DNA of 61,078 bases, the filler included, from Globobulimina sp. (taxonomy: Eukaryota): the NCBI GenBank assembly GCA_003354225.1. It is 18 parts of 18 records of this genome, joined end to end, with 100 filler letters (N's around TTAATTAATTAA, not from the genome) between each part and the next. Parts side by side here need not be neighbours in the genome. Positions count along the whole stretch, not along the records: positions 34,004 to 37,301 come from PIVH01003154.1; positions 37,402 to 40,699 come from PIVH01003155.1; positions 40,800 to 44,096 come from PIVH01003156.1; positions 44,197 to 47,493 come from PIVH01003157.1; 14 more parts are not named here. One strand, written 5' to 3'. Positions within the stretch are counted from its first letter, which is position 1. The number at the start of each line of letters is the position of its first letter. Positions 36,495 through 47,593 of the stretch are shown piece after piece. The translations under genes and the position numbers were made by a program. Below the pieces are notes generated by a model, which saw nothing but the letters and a program-made list of their open reading frames with translations, was not told the DNA's origin and ran no database searches.

Positions 36495-37301
36495 ATGTCC
36501 TTCAAATTGAACAATTTTAAGTATTTGCCACAGTGTCAAAGGGATTTAGTGGCTGGTTATAGTCGTCAGGTTCACACAAAATATGACATGGAAATACCAA
36601 CATCAATCATTACAATTTGCACTCTATATTTTCATTTTAACAAAGATTTTTTACAGCAATTTATCAAAACAGACAAACCATACTTTCTGTTATTAAAAAC
36701 AAGGGATTTAAAGTTCCCACCACCAACAGATGTAAACATCAATATGATGCCATTTATAATGTCGCACACTTTCATCCAATCAAAATTACCGCCATATTTG
36801 GAATCATATTTTCTAAATTTTATAAAACAAATCGCAGAATATGATCCCACTCAGATCGACAAAATATGCTATTTAACAATTCATGAATCATTGGTTGAGC
36901 CGAATTCGAATACAACGCAAAGAACAGCAAGAATACATACAGAGACTCAAGGCGCTCTACATATTAAAGGCTATGGCCGCCACCAACAGCACGCATTCGA
37001 CGACATTCGTGGTTATTGTTGGACAGAGGATGAACTCTGGGGCGGTCTCTACATAGCATCAAATATTGATAATTCGTGCGCTGTGTGGAAATGCAAAATA
37101 ATATCAAATCATAAACGGGAAATTATCGGATGTTTAGGTTTTGTGATAAGTGCTTCTGTTTATTATTAATTGTATGCATTGTAAACAAACAAAAGGTGAT
37201 GTCGAGCACTTAAAACATGATTTATCGCATAAAGTGTTGTTAAAAGGAAGCCATTTATATTGGATAACTGATAGAACTCCGCACGAACAATCGACACTGT
37301 C
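36495..37301 (+). CDS. N-terminal box motif plus putative 2OG-Fe/cupin-like domain, 3'-incomplete (intron 37138-37195)
   Basis: DLVAGYSRQ...EIPTSIITICTLYF, then RIHTE...GGLYIASN...LYWITDRTPHE (HxE...H). A 58-bp intron is in frame. Confidence 0.55.
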
Positions 37302-37401
37302 NNNNNNNNNNNNNNNNNNNNNNNNNNNNNNNNNNNNNNNNNNNNTTAATTAATTAANNNNNNNNNNNNNNNNNNNNNNNNNNNNNNNNNNNNNNNNNNN
37401 N

Positions 37402-38302
37402 ACGGTGCATGCTCCATTTTGGTTTACTGCGATTTAATGTGGCCACTGCATATAAGACGTTGTTGGACTGTTTTTCATGTAATTCAGAGTTGAAAATTGC
37501 AATTTCTTTGTTGTCGCTCAATGTGTATTCGCTAAATTCACCATCAATTACTTGCATTTTGCACTGTGTATCAGTTTACATTTTTTTTGTAGTGTTTTTA
37601 GACGAAAACATGTAAAAAAAATAATTTGTACATAACTGTCCATGTTAAATAATAGTATAATTGGTTTGGTGGATCATCGAATTCTTGAATTTGTACGACG
37701 CCATTTGCAATCACAGAACGTGGGATATTCAATAATCTCCGTTTAGCATTTCTAAATCGTCTCCTTTTATATTGTAATCCAAATAAAGATTGTCCAAACT
37801 CAAAACTTTTATCACTGGAAATAAAATCATTAAATCCTTGTTTTTCTGCATTAAATTCGTGTAATATTTGCTTACTAATCTTATTTTTACCATTTATCTC
37901 TGTAAACATCAACGGCAATTTATCCAAGATCACATTTTTCGATATTCGTTGACCAAACCCATTGTACGACAGATATATCCGATTACATTTATTGTGTAAA
38001 TGGTAAGATATGTTTAAATAATATGGATAATCTTGTTTACTATTTAAATTCCATAATATTTCATTATTTTCATATTCTGCGCTGCGTAAATCACCACAGG
38101 ACATAATATCCTTTGTATACAAATACAATACATCCCCGTCTGTATCATATTCATTGCCACGAACTATTAATAAAATTAATCGTTTCTTCCCAGTGTGTAA
38201 GCCATTAATTAAGGTTTTGCCGGTTTCGCTGCAAAATAATGAGTATAAATCATCTAAACCTGATCTATAATTAACTCGTGCTCTTGGCGCAGAATACCCC
38301 AT
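37402..38302 (-). CDS. Hypothetical protein, 3'-incomplete (intron 37564-37636)
   Basis: A 73-bp GTTATG...CAG intron joins ORF 37598-38302 to ORF 37354-37557 in phase 0. Confidence 0.6.
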
Positions 38303-38486
38303 TCTTGGAAAATAAAATGAAGCGAAATTGTGCCTTTTTAAGTGTAATATGTGTTGAAAAAATCAGTGCAAATACGCATTCGTTCAGAGTCTGAATGTGT
38401 TTTTAATATTTTTTGCATATTAAAAACATGAACACACTCATTTCCGTTCGTGTAACTTGAGAAGAGATAAGAATTACAGATAGTGA

Positions 38487-39131
38487 TTATATAGCTACAT
38501 ACGATGTATTCGGAGGAACAAAATACACATCAAACTGTGCAGGACGTGCTTGAACGAGATTATGTTCATTTATACGATTAATGCGCATCATATATTGTAA
38601 TAAAATATCAATTTTATCGCTATACGGTCGAAATTCATATGGAAAATCATCAGATGAGACAGGCAATGGATTAGAGATATATTTGTTATATGATCGGAGA
38701 TAATTTGATAACATGCTGAAAACGCCATGTTTGGTAGAACCGGCTGATGAATGTGAACGTATTTCATTCAATAAACTTGAGCGGGAAATAAATTCATTTA
38801 ATGATAAGTTGGATAATTGATATTGAGTTAATAACAATTGTGAGATATCCATCTTATTGGCACACGACACAGATAATAAAGGCAGTAATTCATTAGATAT
38901 TGATGTATTATTTTTATATTCAGTGGAGAATGAGGATTCTAATGCATCTAATAATATGTCATTGCGATGTAAATTGTCAGTGTCGTGTTGTGGTAGGTCA
39001 AAATTTATGTTGTCTGTATATTTGGTCAAAGATGTTGCGAAAAGTGCTGTATGTTTATGGAGATAACGTATAAAGAGTACTAGTATACATTTTTGGGTTA
39101 ATGTGTCCCATATTGAAGTTCTTGTTGACAT
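38487..39131 (-). CDS. Hypothetical protein, 214 aa
   Basis: ATG-initiated ORF with no recognised motif. Confidence 0.5.
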   Translation of the reverse strand: MSTRTSIWDTLTQKCILVLFIRYLHKHTALFATSLTKYTDNINFDLPQHDTDNLHRNDILLDALESSFSTEYKNNTSISNELLPLLSVSCANKMDISQLLLTQYQLSNLSLNEFISRSSLLNEIRSHSSAGSTKHGVFSMLSNYLRSYNKYISNPLPVSSDDFPYEFRPYSDKIDILLQYMMRINRINEHNLVQARPAQFDVYFVPPNTSYVAI

Positions 39132-39149
39132 GATGTGGTATGGTTGTGG

Positions 39150-40408
39150 ATGAAAAAAAACAAAAAAAAGCGAAGTATTTTAAAAATGGATGTTTCATAT
39201 GAACAATCAAAATATATCAGAAAAACAAAAGGACGTAAAATAAAAAAGCAGAAAGTGTATCCACCCAAAAAAGGCAGACATATAAACGGTAAATATAAAA
39301 ACATCAAAAGTAAGGAAATATCAAATCAAATAGCTTTGAAATCCGACATAGTTGAATTCGAAATTAATGATACGAATGAAATAAAATCCAATGATAAAGC
39401 TATCGCTTCAATGTTCAATATCGACACTAAAAGTTGTGACATCGACGATGGGCCATATATCAAATCAAAAAGTTACTCATTTGCATTTCTACAGTAACTT
39501 GACAAAATAAACAAAAAAAAAACAACCAACCAACAGCATTATTAATATCTGGTTTTGCAGCTTATTGCATCAACAATAAAAACATGAAATTGCCAACAGA
39601 GCTGACACGATTAATTGAACGTTTTTGTCAGAGCACTCAGAGAGTGGAAGGCGAAGAGTTTGCAATTTCTGCATCTTATCTTGTCTCAGCAACAACGTTT
39701 TGGGTACACGATGCAGACAATTATCAGCTAAATAATATCAATATAGAAATGGGAAAATTGGCAGAAAAATTGTTAACACCACCTGCTGTTATACATAACT
39801 CGGTGCTCTATGCAGCAAAATATAATGGTTTTTATGCGCGCATAAAAGTACGTGTCAGAGATATAAGGTACCTGTCTGAAAACAGATGGTTTGTCGAGTT
39901 TATTGATCATGGCAACCGTGCGAATATAGCACAGAATCAATTTGTTGAATTGTCTACAACTTTACAGCTTGATCAAATTCCCGCATTAGCACGGAAGTGT
40001 ACATTGGCAGGAATTGACGCAGAGAGGTTTTTCTTTGGTGAGCCAGTCCATGCACATGGGGATATCGTCAGATTTGGAGAAAAGAATTGGACATTTGGAA
40101 CAGCCATAAGTTTCTGCGGTCATTATATATTTCAAACGGAAAATGAGGAAATAAGAATTAAAATATTATATAATGATAAAAAAAAAAAAATTTGGCATGT
40201 TGAGTTATTTTGCGGACAAAAGAGTATAAATCAGTTACTGGCACGGAACGGATTGGCGAAATTGGGAGATGAGTGGAAATATAATAAAAAATGGACAAGT
40301 CAACATATTGAATATGTGGATCAGTATTTTGATACAATCAATGCAAATATAAAAGTAGCTAAACATGCACATGCGGGAATTTGGCGCCATGGTGATATTG
40401 GAGTTTAA
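39150..40408 (+). CDS. Tudor plus SNase-like (Tudor-SN C-terminal module) protein (intron 39472-39536)
   Basis: Tudor AAKYNGFYAR...VEFIDHGN, then LARKCTLAGI, SINQLLARNGLAK and AKHAHAGIWRHGDI as in the SND1 C-terminus. A 65-bp intron joins the Lys-rich first exon in frame. Confidence 0.75.
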
Positions 40409-40542
40409 TACCGTAATTGTCTGTAACTGTGGTTATGATTTTTCTCATTTATCTGCATCATGAATACTTTTTAAAGTGAACTAGTAATCCAAATACAAAA
40501 ATGATTAAAAATTAACAAGTCCGTTTTCCGAAGTTTTTTTAA

Positions 40543-40699
40543 ATGTCACAAAAGAACATTTTTGTGGTATTATTATGCATACCAATATCCATTTCATGTT
40601 TTCATTGGAAGATAGCTACCAATATGACGTTACCTATACCATTGGCGCGTTCTCCATTTGGCTCAACGCTTCAAAACGATTACTTATACATTTTTGGTG
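40543..40699 (+). CDS. 5' fragment of a secreted Kelch-like protein
   Basis: Signal peptide followed by W...TLPIPL...NDYLYIFG at the contig end. Confidence 0.45.
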
Positions 40700-40799
40700 N
40701 NNNNNNNNNNNNNNNNNNNNNNNNNNNNNNNNNNNNNNNNNNNTTAATTAATTAANNNNNNNNNNNNNNNNNNNNNNNNNNNNNNNNNNNNNNNNNNNN

Positions 40800-41089
40800 T
40801 TAATGTTCCAACCAACGTTCATGTGCTGACATCTCATCCTTCAATAAAAATATGGTGGAATAACTGGGATAGCAGTTGGTCGTCGTCGTCGTCGCCATCG
40901 TCATCGTCATCGTCGTCGTCATCGTCATCGTCGTCGTCATCAAGAGGTTCTAACAGCAATCATATGCATATCAACAGACTTTGGTATAAGAATAAATACG
41001 AAAGATACTCAATTGTTAGCGATACCTCTTCGAGCTCATCTTCACATTCATCTTCGTCAAGCTCTGGATCATCATCTAGATCTAAATAA
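40800..41089 (+). CDS. 3' fragment of a Ser-rich low-complexity protein
   Basis: Poly-Ser encoded by mixed TCG/TCA codons (about 40879-40941) and a second Ser tract with varied codons. Confidence 0.5.
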
Positions 41090-41260
41090 AACTTTTATGT
41101 ATACTTTTTTATTCAGCAATTAATTAATTGTGGCAAATAGATCACTATCACAGTCTACAAGTAAACCTTTGTTGTATTGGTTGAACTTTTGTCTGCATAA
41201 TTCTAATGCAAATGAGATGGTCTGGCAATTGTAATAAAACATATTGGACCTAGGACCTAG

Positions 41261-41554
41261 GAACAATGGAATGAATGGAATGAAAATGATGTATTAAACT
41301 GGATATTTTCTATCGAGAATGGATTATTTTTAAAATATGAAAAAGAATTAAGACGCGAGATAAAGGAATGTGAGATGAAAGGCATTGATTTATTGAAAAT
41401 TAAAAGAAAAGATATTCAAGATTTTGGTGTTAAAACGTTTGCGCATCAAAAGATATTACAGCATAAAATTCATATTTTGACAGAGATTAATAATAATCGT
41501 AATGTACAACAATATCATGAGGGGCATAATGTGTTGGATACATTGAATGATTAA
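41261..41554 (+). pseudogene. Orphan SAM-like domain exon or relic (absent from the ORF track)
   Basis: Hand translation EQWNEWNENDVLNWIFSIENGLFLKYEKELRREIKECEMKGIDLLKIKRKDIQDFGVKTFAHQKILQHKIHIL, homologous to the C-terminus of ORF 23954-26506. Preceded by TAG and a GGACCTA tandem duplication. Confidence 0.7.
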
Positions 41555-41673
41555 AGCAGTATTTGCTTGTTTTAGAGTACTTTGCTTGAAGTGTACGTTT
41601 TTTTGCAGAAATTATCAACAAAAACCTCTCTATCATTTATCTTTCCATCTTTCAACCAAACCATACATTGAGT

Positions 41674-42258
41674 ATGCCGCATGCAGTAGAAACCAAAGAA
41701 GATAGTACATCATTTCGTGGTCGCCGTCATAGAAAACCAGCTGATAAAATATGTCATATTTGTGGTGAATTTGGTCATTTTAAAAAGCATTGTCCACAAA
41801 AACAAGATAAAAAACGTCCAAATGGCCGCTGTAATGGTAACCGCAAAAAACATGGTCCAAAAAATGGTAAAGGAAAATTAAGAAAAATGATATTTAAAAC
41901 AAACGAATTGAAAAAGAAAAAAGAAGGCGAGATTGCAATATTAAACGAACAAACGAGGAAATTGCAACAATTATTGGATGATTCGGAGAATTTGGATGCA
42001 AAAACATTACAAAATGAAATAAAAAATATTGCAAAATCATTTAAAAACCACGGGCGAAAAAATCGAAAAAATGATAAAAAATGCAATCAACAAAAACGAA
42101 AACAAGAAAAAAAAATAGCAAAAGAAAAGAAAGAGAAAGTAACAGACAATGAAGGTGGAGATACAGCGTCGACTGATTCCGAACCGGTTGGCGATGATCA
42201 TATTGATATTGATAATGATAATGAATTTACTTTCATATTTGGACGCGATGGATATTGA
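41674..42258 (+). CDS. Basic protein with a single CCHC zinc knuckle and coiled coil
   Basis: CHICGEFGHFKKHC; Lys-rich body and acidic tail. Confidence 0.65.
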   Translation: MPHAVETKEDSTSFRGRRHRKPADKICHICGEFGHFKKHCPQKQDKKRPNGRCNGNRKKHGPKNGKGKLRKMIFKTNELKKKKEGEIAILNEQTRKLQQLLDDSENLDAKTLQNEIKNIAKSFKNHGRKNRKNDKKCNQQKRKQEKKIAKEKKEKVTDNEGGDTASTDSEPVGDDHIDIDNDNEFTFIFGRDGY

Positions 42259-42721
42259 GTCAAATTTAAATAAAATAAAATACAAATTCTTTTATATCGT
42301 TTTTTTGTTGCTTTGAATGCTGAGTATTTCTACGATCTGTCACTTTGTGTGTTTATCGATCAATTGCTCCATTTGTGTGTTTATGGATTGTTGGTTGGAT
42401 GAATGGCAATGGTTATTATAGAGCGTCTATATAACATAAAATTGCATTCATCTCACACTTTCTTTAAAAATAATTTATTTTGTACTGACAACCAACGTAC
42501 ATATCTGCAATGATTACCATTCAATTACACTGCGCTTTTGCGTATAATGAATGGATTTATGTATCCTCGCACATGCAGAATTTCTGAAATGTTTTTCACT
42601 GTAAAAGCTTGCTAGAAACTCACTGCGTTGTATACTTTATAATTAATTAAATCTTACATTATTTTAGTTGTTTTTTTTCTAAACATTTACCAGTTAACAA
42701 CAACAACGTTTGCAATTTGCA

Positions 42722-43777
42722 ATGGTGTCAATAAACGTAGATTTAAACGTGTCCACATTGGTTGTTTTTCCTATTTGTTGCATGATACTATACAGCATTG
42801 CGAAAAAAATGATTTATGAAAAGTTTATAAATGCAACAATAGATTTATCGGCAAATAATTTGAATGGAAAATTAGTATTAATAACCGGCTGTGACTCAGG
42901 ATTTGGTTATCAAGCATCCATTGCTTTATATAAAATGGGATTTTCTATGTTTGCAACATGTTTGACAGAAAAAGGGAAAAGAAAATTAATGCAAGAAATA
43001 GTAGATATTAATAAGAATAACAACTCCTTTGATTGCATGATTGTAGATATCACAAAACAAGAACATATTATTGGAATGAAAGCATATTTGATGGACAATG
43101 TCCTTGCAAATAAAAAGAAGATGTTATGGAGCATTATAAACAATGCCGGTATTATGAAAACAGCAGAATTTGATTTGTTGACAATGGATGATTTTAAACA
43201 AGTAATGGATGTCAATTTATTTGGTTCGATTCGAGTCATTAAAGCATTCATTCACATTTTAAGGAAAACAAAACATTCGCGACTTATTAATGTTGTGTCC
43301 GCCGGGATATATAATCCAATGTATGCATATTGTGCCTATTTAACCAGTAAGGCCGCATTGGAAACATTAACTATCATTTTACGCTCCGAATTAGCATCAT
43401 TTAAATGTTATGTTTCAAGCATTTTGCCGGGCGCTAATAATACAAACCTATTAAATGCAAAAAATAATATGCAATTTTACAAAAATAGAGTTTGTAATTT
43501 GGATAAAAATGTGCTAAATGATTATGGCACGGAATATTTTGAATTGAGTGCAAAAAAATGCATTTTAGGATCAAAGTATGTGACACCAAATAAATTGGAT
43601 AAAGTTGTGAATAAAATGATTGATGCGGTTATCAGACAACGGCCATACAAACGATATGTGGTTGGTTATGATGCTACATTTCAATATTTATTGTCATATT
43701 TTCCATTATTTATTCAGGAATTTGTTATCAGTGAACCGTTGAGACCATGGTGTACACCGAAAATTATGCAATCATAG
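42722..43777 (+). CDS. Short-chain dehydrogenase/reductase (RDH/17-beta-HSD/BDH1-like)
   Basis: N-terminal TM helix, VLITGCDSGFG, INNAGI, VMDVNLFG, YLTSK (YxxxK), PYKRYVVGYDA. Confidence 0.92.
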   Translation: MVSINVDLNVSTLVVFPICCMILYSIAKKMIYEKFINATIDLSANNLNGKLVLITGCDSGFGYQASIALYKMGFSMFATCLTEKGKRKLMQEIVDINKNNNSFDCMIVDITKQEHIIGMKAYLMDNVLANKKKMLWSIINNAGIMKTAEFDLLTMDDFKQVMDVNLFGSIRVIKAFIHILRKTKHSRLINVVSAGIYNPMYAYCAYLTSKAALETLTIILRSELASFKCYVSSILPGANNTNLLNAKNNMQFYKNRVCNLDKNVLNDYGTEYFELSAKKCILGSKYVTPNKLDKVVNKMIDAVIRQRPYKRYVVGYDATFQYLLSYFPLFIQEFVISEPLRPWCTPKIMQS

Positions 43778-43950
43778 TTTTATTCTGACAAAAGTATAGT
43801 TTTTTTTGTGTCGGATTGTATCGGATTTACTTTAATAACTAGTCTCAATTCCAAAATTAACTTAATTTTTCATTGTGTTGAATTTTTGCATGCGTTTAAT
43901 TTTGAGTCCTACCTGAGTCAGCATTGTAAAATTCTTCTTTTTTTTTTGTA

Positions 43951-44096
43951 ATGGCAACAGAGTATTTTGATGAATGTGGACCAAAAATAACAAAAGAAAA
44001 TATAGAACAAACCAGAATAAAGTCAATAAGCGACGCAGGTATTAGTACAGCATACGGATATCAACACCTTTTAGCAACATCGGGTGGTATTTATTC
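43951..44096 (+). CDS. 5' fragment of a hypothetical protein
   Basis: ATG after a T-rich leader, open to the contig end. Confidence 0.35.
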
Positions 44097-44196
44097 NNNN
44101 NNNNNNNNNNNNNNNNNNNNNNNNNNNNNNNNNNNNNNNNTTAATTAATTAANNNNNNNNNNNNNNNNNNNNNNNNNNNNNNNNNNNNNNNNNNNN

Positions 44197-45321
44197 AGCG
44201 TTAAGTGGACATGTTTCATACGTAAGTATACTTGTTGTTGAATTTGCACATTTTAAATATTTTTGTTTTATATATTCAATCCCATTTTGATAACATAAAT
44301 CAATCCAATACTCACAGGTTAGAAAAACACAAAATTCTCCAATTAAGCTTCCAATATTATGAGGAATACAAATGTCTAAACTTTTCTCATTTGATTTTAT
44401 AATTACTTTAAATATATTAGATTTACTAAACTCTTTATAATCTGCACCATCATAATCACGATAATGATATTTTAATGATATTTTCTGAATACATTCTCTA
44501 AACAAATCCGTCTTATTCAACAACAAAATAATTTGCTGTTTACCCACATGCTTATAATTAACAATTTTATCAAAGAGCGCTAAACTATCACCCATTGCAT
44601 TTACCGTATGATCCTCAAACAATGTGTGTCCATATTGGTCGAGCCCACAAACATAGATTGCAAATCTGGCTTCTTTTAAACAAAATAATAACCACTTTGA
44701 TCGTTCAGATCTCCTTCCTCCAATATCACAAAATCTATATTTTGTTCCATGTACAGATTTTTCAAAACACATAAATCCGGTGGTTCGAGAACGAGCGCGA
44801 AGTATATCCTGTTTTGATGGCATATAATCAGCACTAAATATTTCATCTATTCTCTTGATAAAATAGTGAATATTACATGAATGTGCATCTGATGTGATAT
44901 TTTGAATATTGTTTTCTTCAAATGTTTGTTTCATTATGTTTTGACTCCAGAAATATACTAAAAGTGGCTGGAGCTTATCAATATTTGTTAATAAATGATC
45001 GTTATCTGTTTGCAATTGCAATTCGAAGACTTGACATTGAGCTTTGAAAGTTTCATCCATATGGCATTGCTTTATTTGTTCGAGGGTAATAGAAGTTTGG
45101 TCAAAACAAAAGCGACGAATGGTTTCAATGTGGGCAAAAACAAAATGTGGGGACTGCCACGGATCATTCTCATTCCACTGCAATGCTTTGAATACTGTAG
45201 ATTTTCCACTGTTGGATGTACCCAAAATAACGACGGATTCGGCTTGTTTCACATCTTCGACATTCACTCCATTTATTTTCTGGTCAACGGCTGCATTTTT
45301 TTTGCTGTTTTTAGCACCCAT
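44197..45321 (-). CDS. Divergent heterotrimeric G-protein alpha subunit, 3'-incomplete
   Basis: MGA myristoylation start, G1 GTSNSGKST, G2 DILRARSRTTG, G3 DIGGRRSERSKW, G4 LNKTD, G5 TCPL. Confidence 0.9.
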
Positions 45322-45445
45322 TGTGTTCAAGCCAATAGTTAAAAAAACTTCGTCTGGTTCGTCTGATTTCAAAGTATACAAAAGCAAAATGCAACGTTAT
45401 GAATTAATTATTACTTATAAATAATAAAAGAGGGACGAATCCAAT

Positions 45446-46552
45446 CTACAATGGATTTTGAGCACATTTAATGCCATGGATTTCTGAACTATTTTTATCA
45501 GAACAAATAACCGTTCTTCCACCGGCATTTTGCTGTCTATTATTATATTGATTACCCGCTGGTTTCTCCGCATTTCTATAATCAAATTCCACCCTATATT
45601 CCCCATTAATAATCATACATGTTTTCTCATTATTGTTCCATGCTTTATTCAATTTTTTAATATCATTCTCCCGATAAGGCACCCATTTATAGCCGCCATT
45701 GTCATTAAACCAAAACCAAGCTTTACCCGCAAACTTATCGGGCGGAGTATGATAATTCAGAGGGATTTGTGTCACAAATTTACTCCAATTACCTGAATAT
45801 TTGGGCTTTTCCGGTGCACCGTCTGCTCCAATCTCATTATTATTTGCTACATGTCCCACAATTACGACCTTTGCTGGCTTTGCTGGCTTTGCAGCACCTT
45901 TTGACTGTTGATATGTTTTCAGTGCCCATAAATTACATTGTTTTTTTACTTTGGAATATGGTCCAGATTTTAATCCATATTTTGAACAAACTGTTTTCAT
46001 CATTTGTAAGCCATAGCCTTTGGTCGGTTTGTCAGCATTATTTCCACTTTTTGACAATGCAAAAGAGTCTAAAAATGCGTTTCCATCATATTGTGTTTCC
46101 GTAAAATATTTTCGTAAATAATTGGCAAACTCCCATACTTTGGGAGCAGCGACAACTTTTTTATTCTCATTGATTTCTACGTTGCTTATTAAATGAGATA
46201 CAAATGATATTATTAAATCTTGCGAATTCCACGAGTTTGTGTTTTTAGATTGCGACAATTTTAATATCTGTTTGGAATATTGCAATAAAATATATTTAAT
46301 ATGAATACGAAGATACGATTTCTGTTTTAATTCGTCGAAATTTGCTTCATTTTCAATCAAATTTGCGATAGTTTTTCTACGGCCTGATCGTGAATCTATT
46401 TTGCGTGGTAATAAATATTCACATTGTTTTGCTAATGCTAAGCCTTCCCATCCGGTCACTCGTAGAGCTAATTTTGCTCTGTAAATTGCAAGTAATAACG
46501 TAAAGGGACTTGCTTTGTTATTTTCTAATTCTAATTCTTTTGTCCTCCACAT
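45446..46552 (-). CDS. Protein with C-terminal WWE domain
   Basis: WFWFNDNGGYKWVPY...LNKAW...GEYRVEF...QYN...GRTV matches the WWE pattern. Confidence 0.7.
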   Translation of the reverse strand: MWRTKELELENNKASPFTLLLAIYRAKLALRVTGWEGLALAKQCEYLLPRKIDSRSGRRKTIANLIENEANFDELKQKSYLRIHIKYILLQYSKQILKLSQSKNTNSWNSQDLIISFVSHLISNVEINENKKVVAAPKVWEFANYLRKYFTETQYDGNAFLDSFALSKSGNNADKPTKGYGLQMMKTVCSKYGLKSGPYSKVKKQCNLWALKTYQQSKGAAKPAKPAKVVIVGHVANNNEIGADGAPEKPKYSGNWSKFVTQIPLNYHTPPDKFAGKAWFWFNDNGGYKWVPYRENDIKKLNKAWNNNEKTCMIINGEYRVEFDYRNAEKPAGNQYNNRQQNAGGRTVICSDKNSSEIHGIKCAQNPL

Positions 46553-46753
46553 AATCTCTGGTCAATCACAGAACTCGACCAGCAACAATGCAGCAACAAT
46601 GCAGCAATTACTAGTGCTATTATACAGTTTAAAAACTTGCAGCTTAAACATCTCGTCCTCTCTGTTTGATTTTGTAAAAGTTGAAACAAGGCTTACGAGT
46701 ATGTATAAATTAATATTATTACAGGTTTAATTATGTATAGCAAGCATTATGTA

Positions 46754-47493
46754 TCAAACATGCGCTCCCAATTCTCGCATCGCTTGCGAAAAGCCTGGAG
46801 CTGACGTGGTCCCACAATTACCATAAGAACCTCCGCCAACAGCCCAGATGGATAAGCCGCGAGCACCATATTTCTTAACGAGTTGAATGCCAGCTTCAGT
46901 ATCTCCGGGATTCGATGCTGAGCCAACACTGTTGCAATTATTGACCCATGTTCCAGCATAATATGCAATAGTCATTTTATTATAAGGCACGCCATCCGCA
47001 TGTGCAAATTTAACAGAATTCTCCTGATCATAGGAGGGATTAGACACCATCAAATTCACCCAATCGAGTTGACCCAAAGCACCTTTAATCACTGACACTT
47101 GATCTCCGGTTGGTGTACCATTCACATCCATCGATATATAAGTTCCCGAAGGTTTGCCACTGGCACACTGCATATATAGCAAATTGACAACTGATTTGTA
47201 AATAAAATATATGCGAAACTTGTTTAATGAATGTAATAATTCCATTTGCATTGCCACCCGATTCATTATCTACTTCTATGCCACAATTATATTTCTTCAT
47301 GAGTTCAATGGCTTTATTTGCAGCTTGGTTGGGGTTTGCAGCCAATTGCGCCCAGCCACGACTTATTTGGCCCCCCACAAGTAATTGAACAGTAACACCT
47401 TGAGAACGAAGAGATTTTATGGCACTTCCGACTTGCGAGGGTAAATCATAATTACTGTTCATCAAATCTGATGGTTGGATGAAACTGATGCCT
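46754..47493 (-). CDS. GH18 chitinase-like protein, 5'-incomplete (intron 47168-47219)
   Basis: LRSQGVTVQLLVGG, GIEVDNE (DxDxE-like), LDWVNLM, GARGLSIWA. A 52-bp intron is in frame. Confidence 0.75.
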
Positions 47494-47593
47494 NNNNNNN
47501 NNNNNNNNNNNNNNNNNNNNNNNNNNNNNNNNNNNNNTTAATTAATTAANNNNNNNNNNNNNNNNNNNNNNNNNNNNNNNNNNNNNNNNNNNN

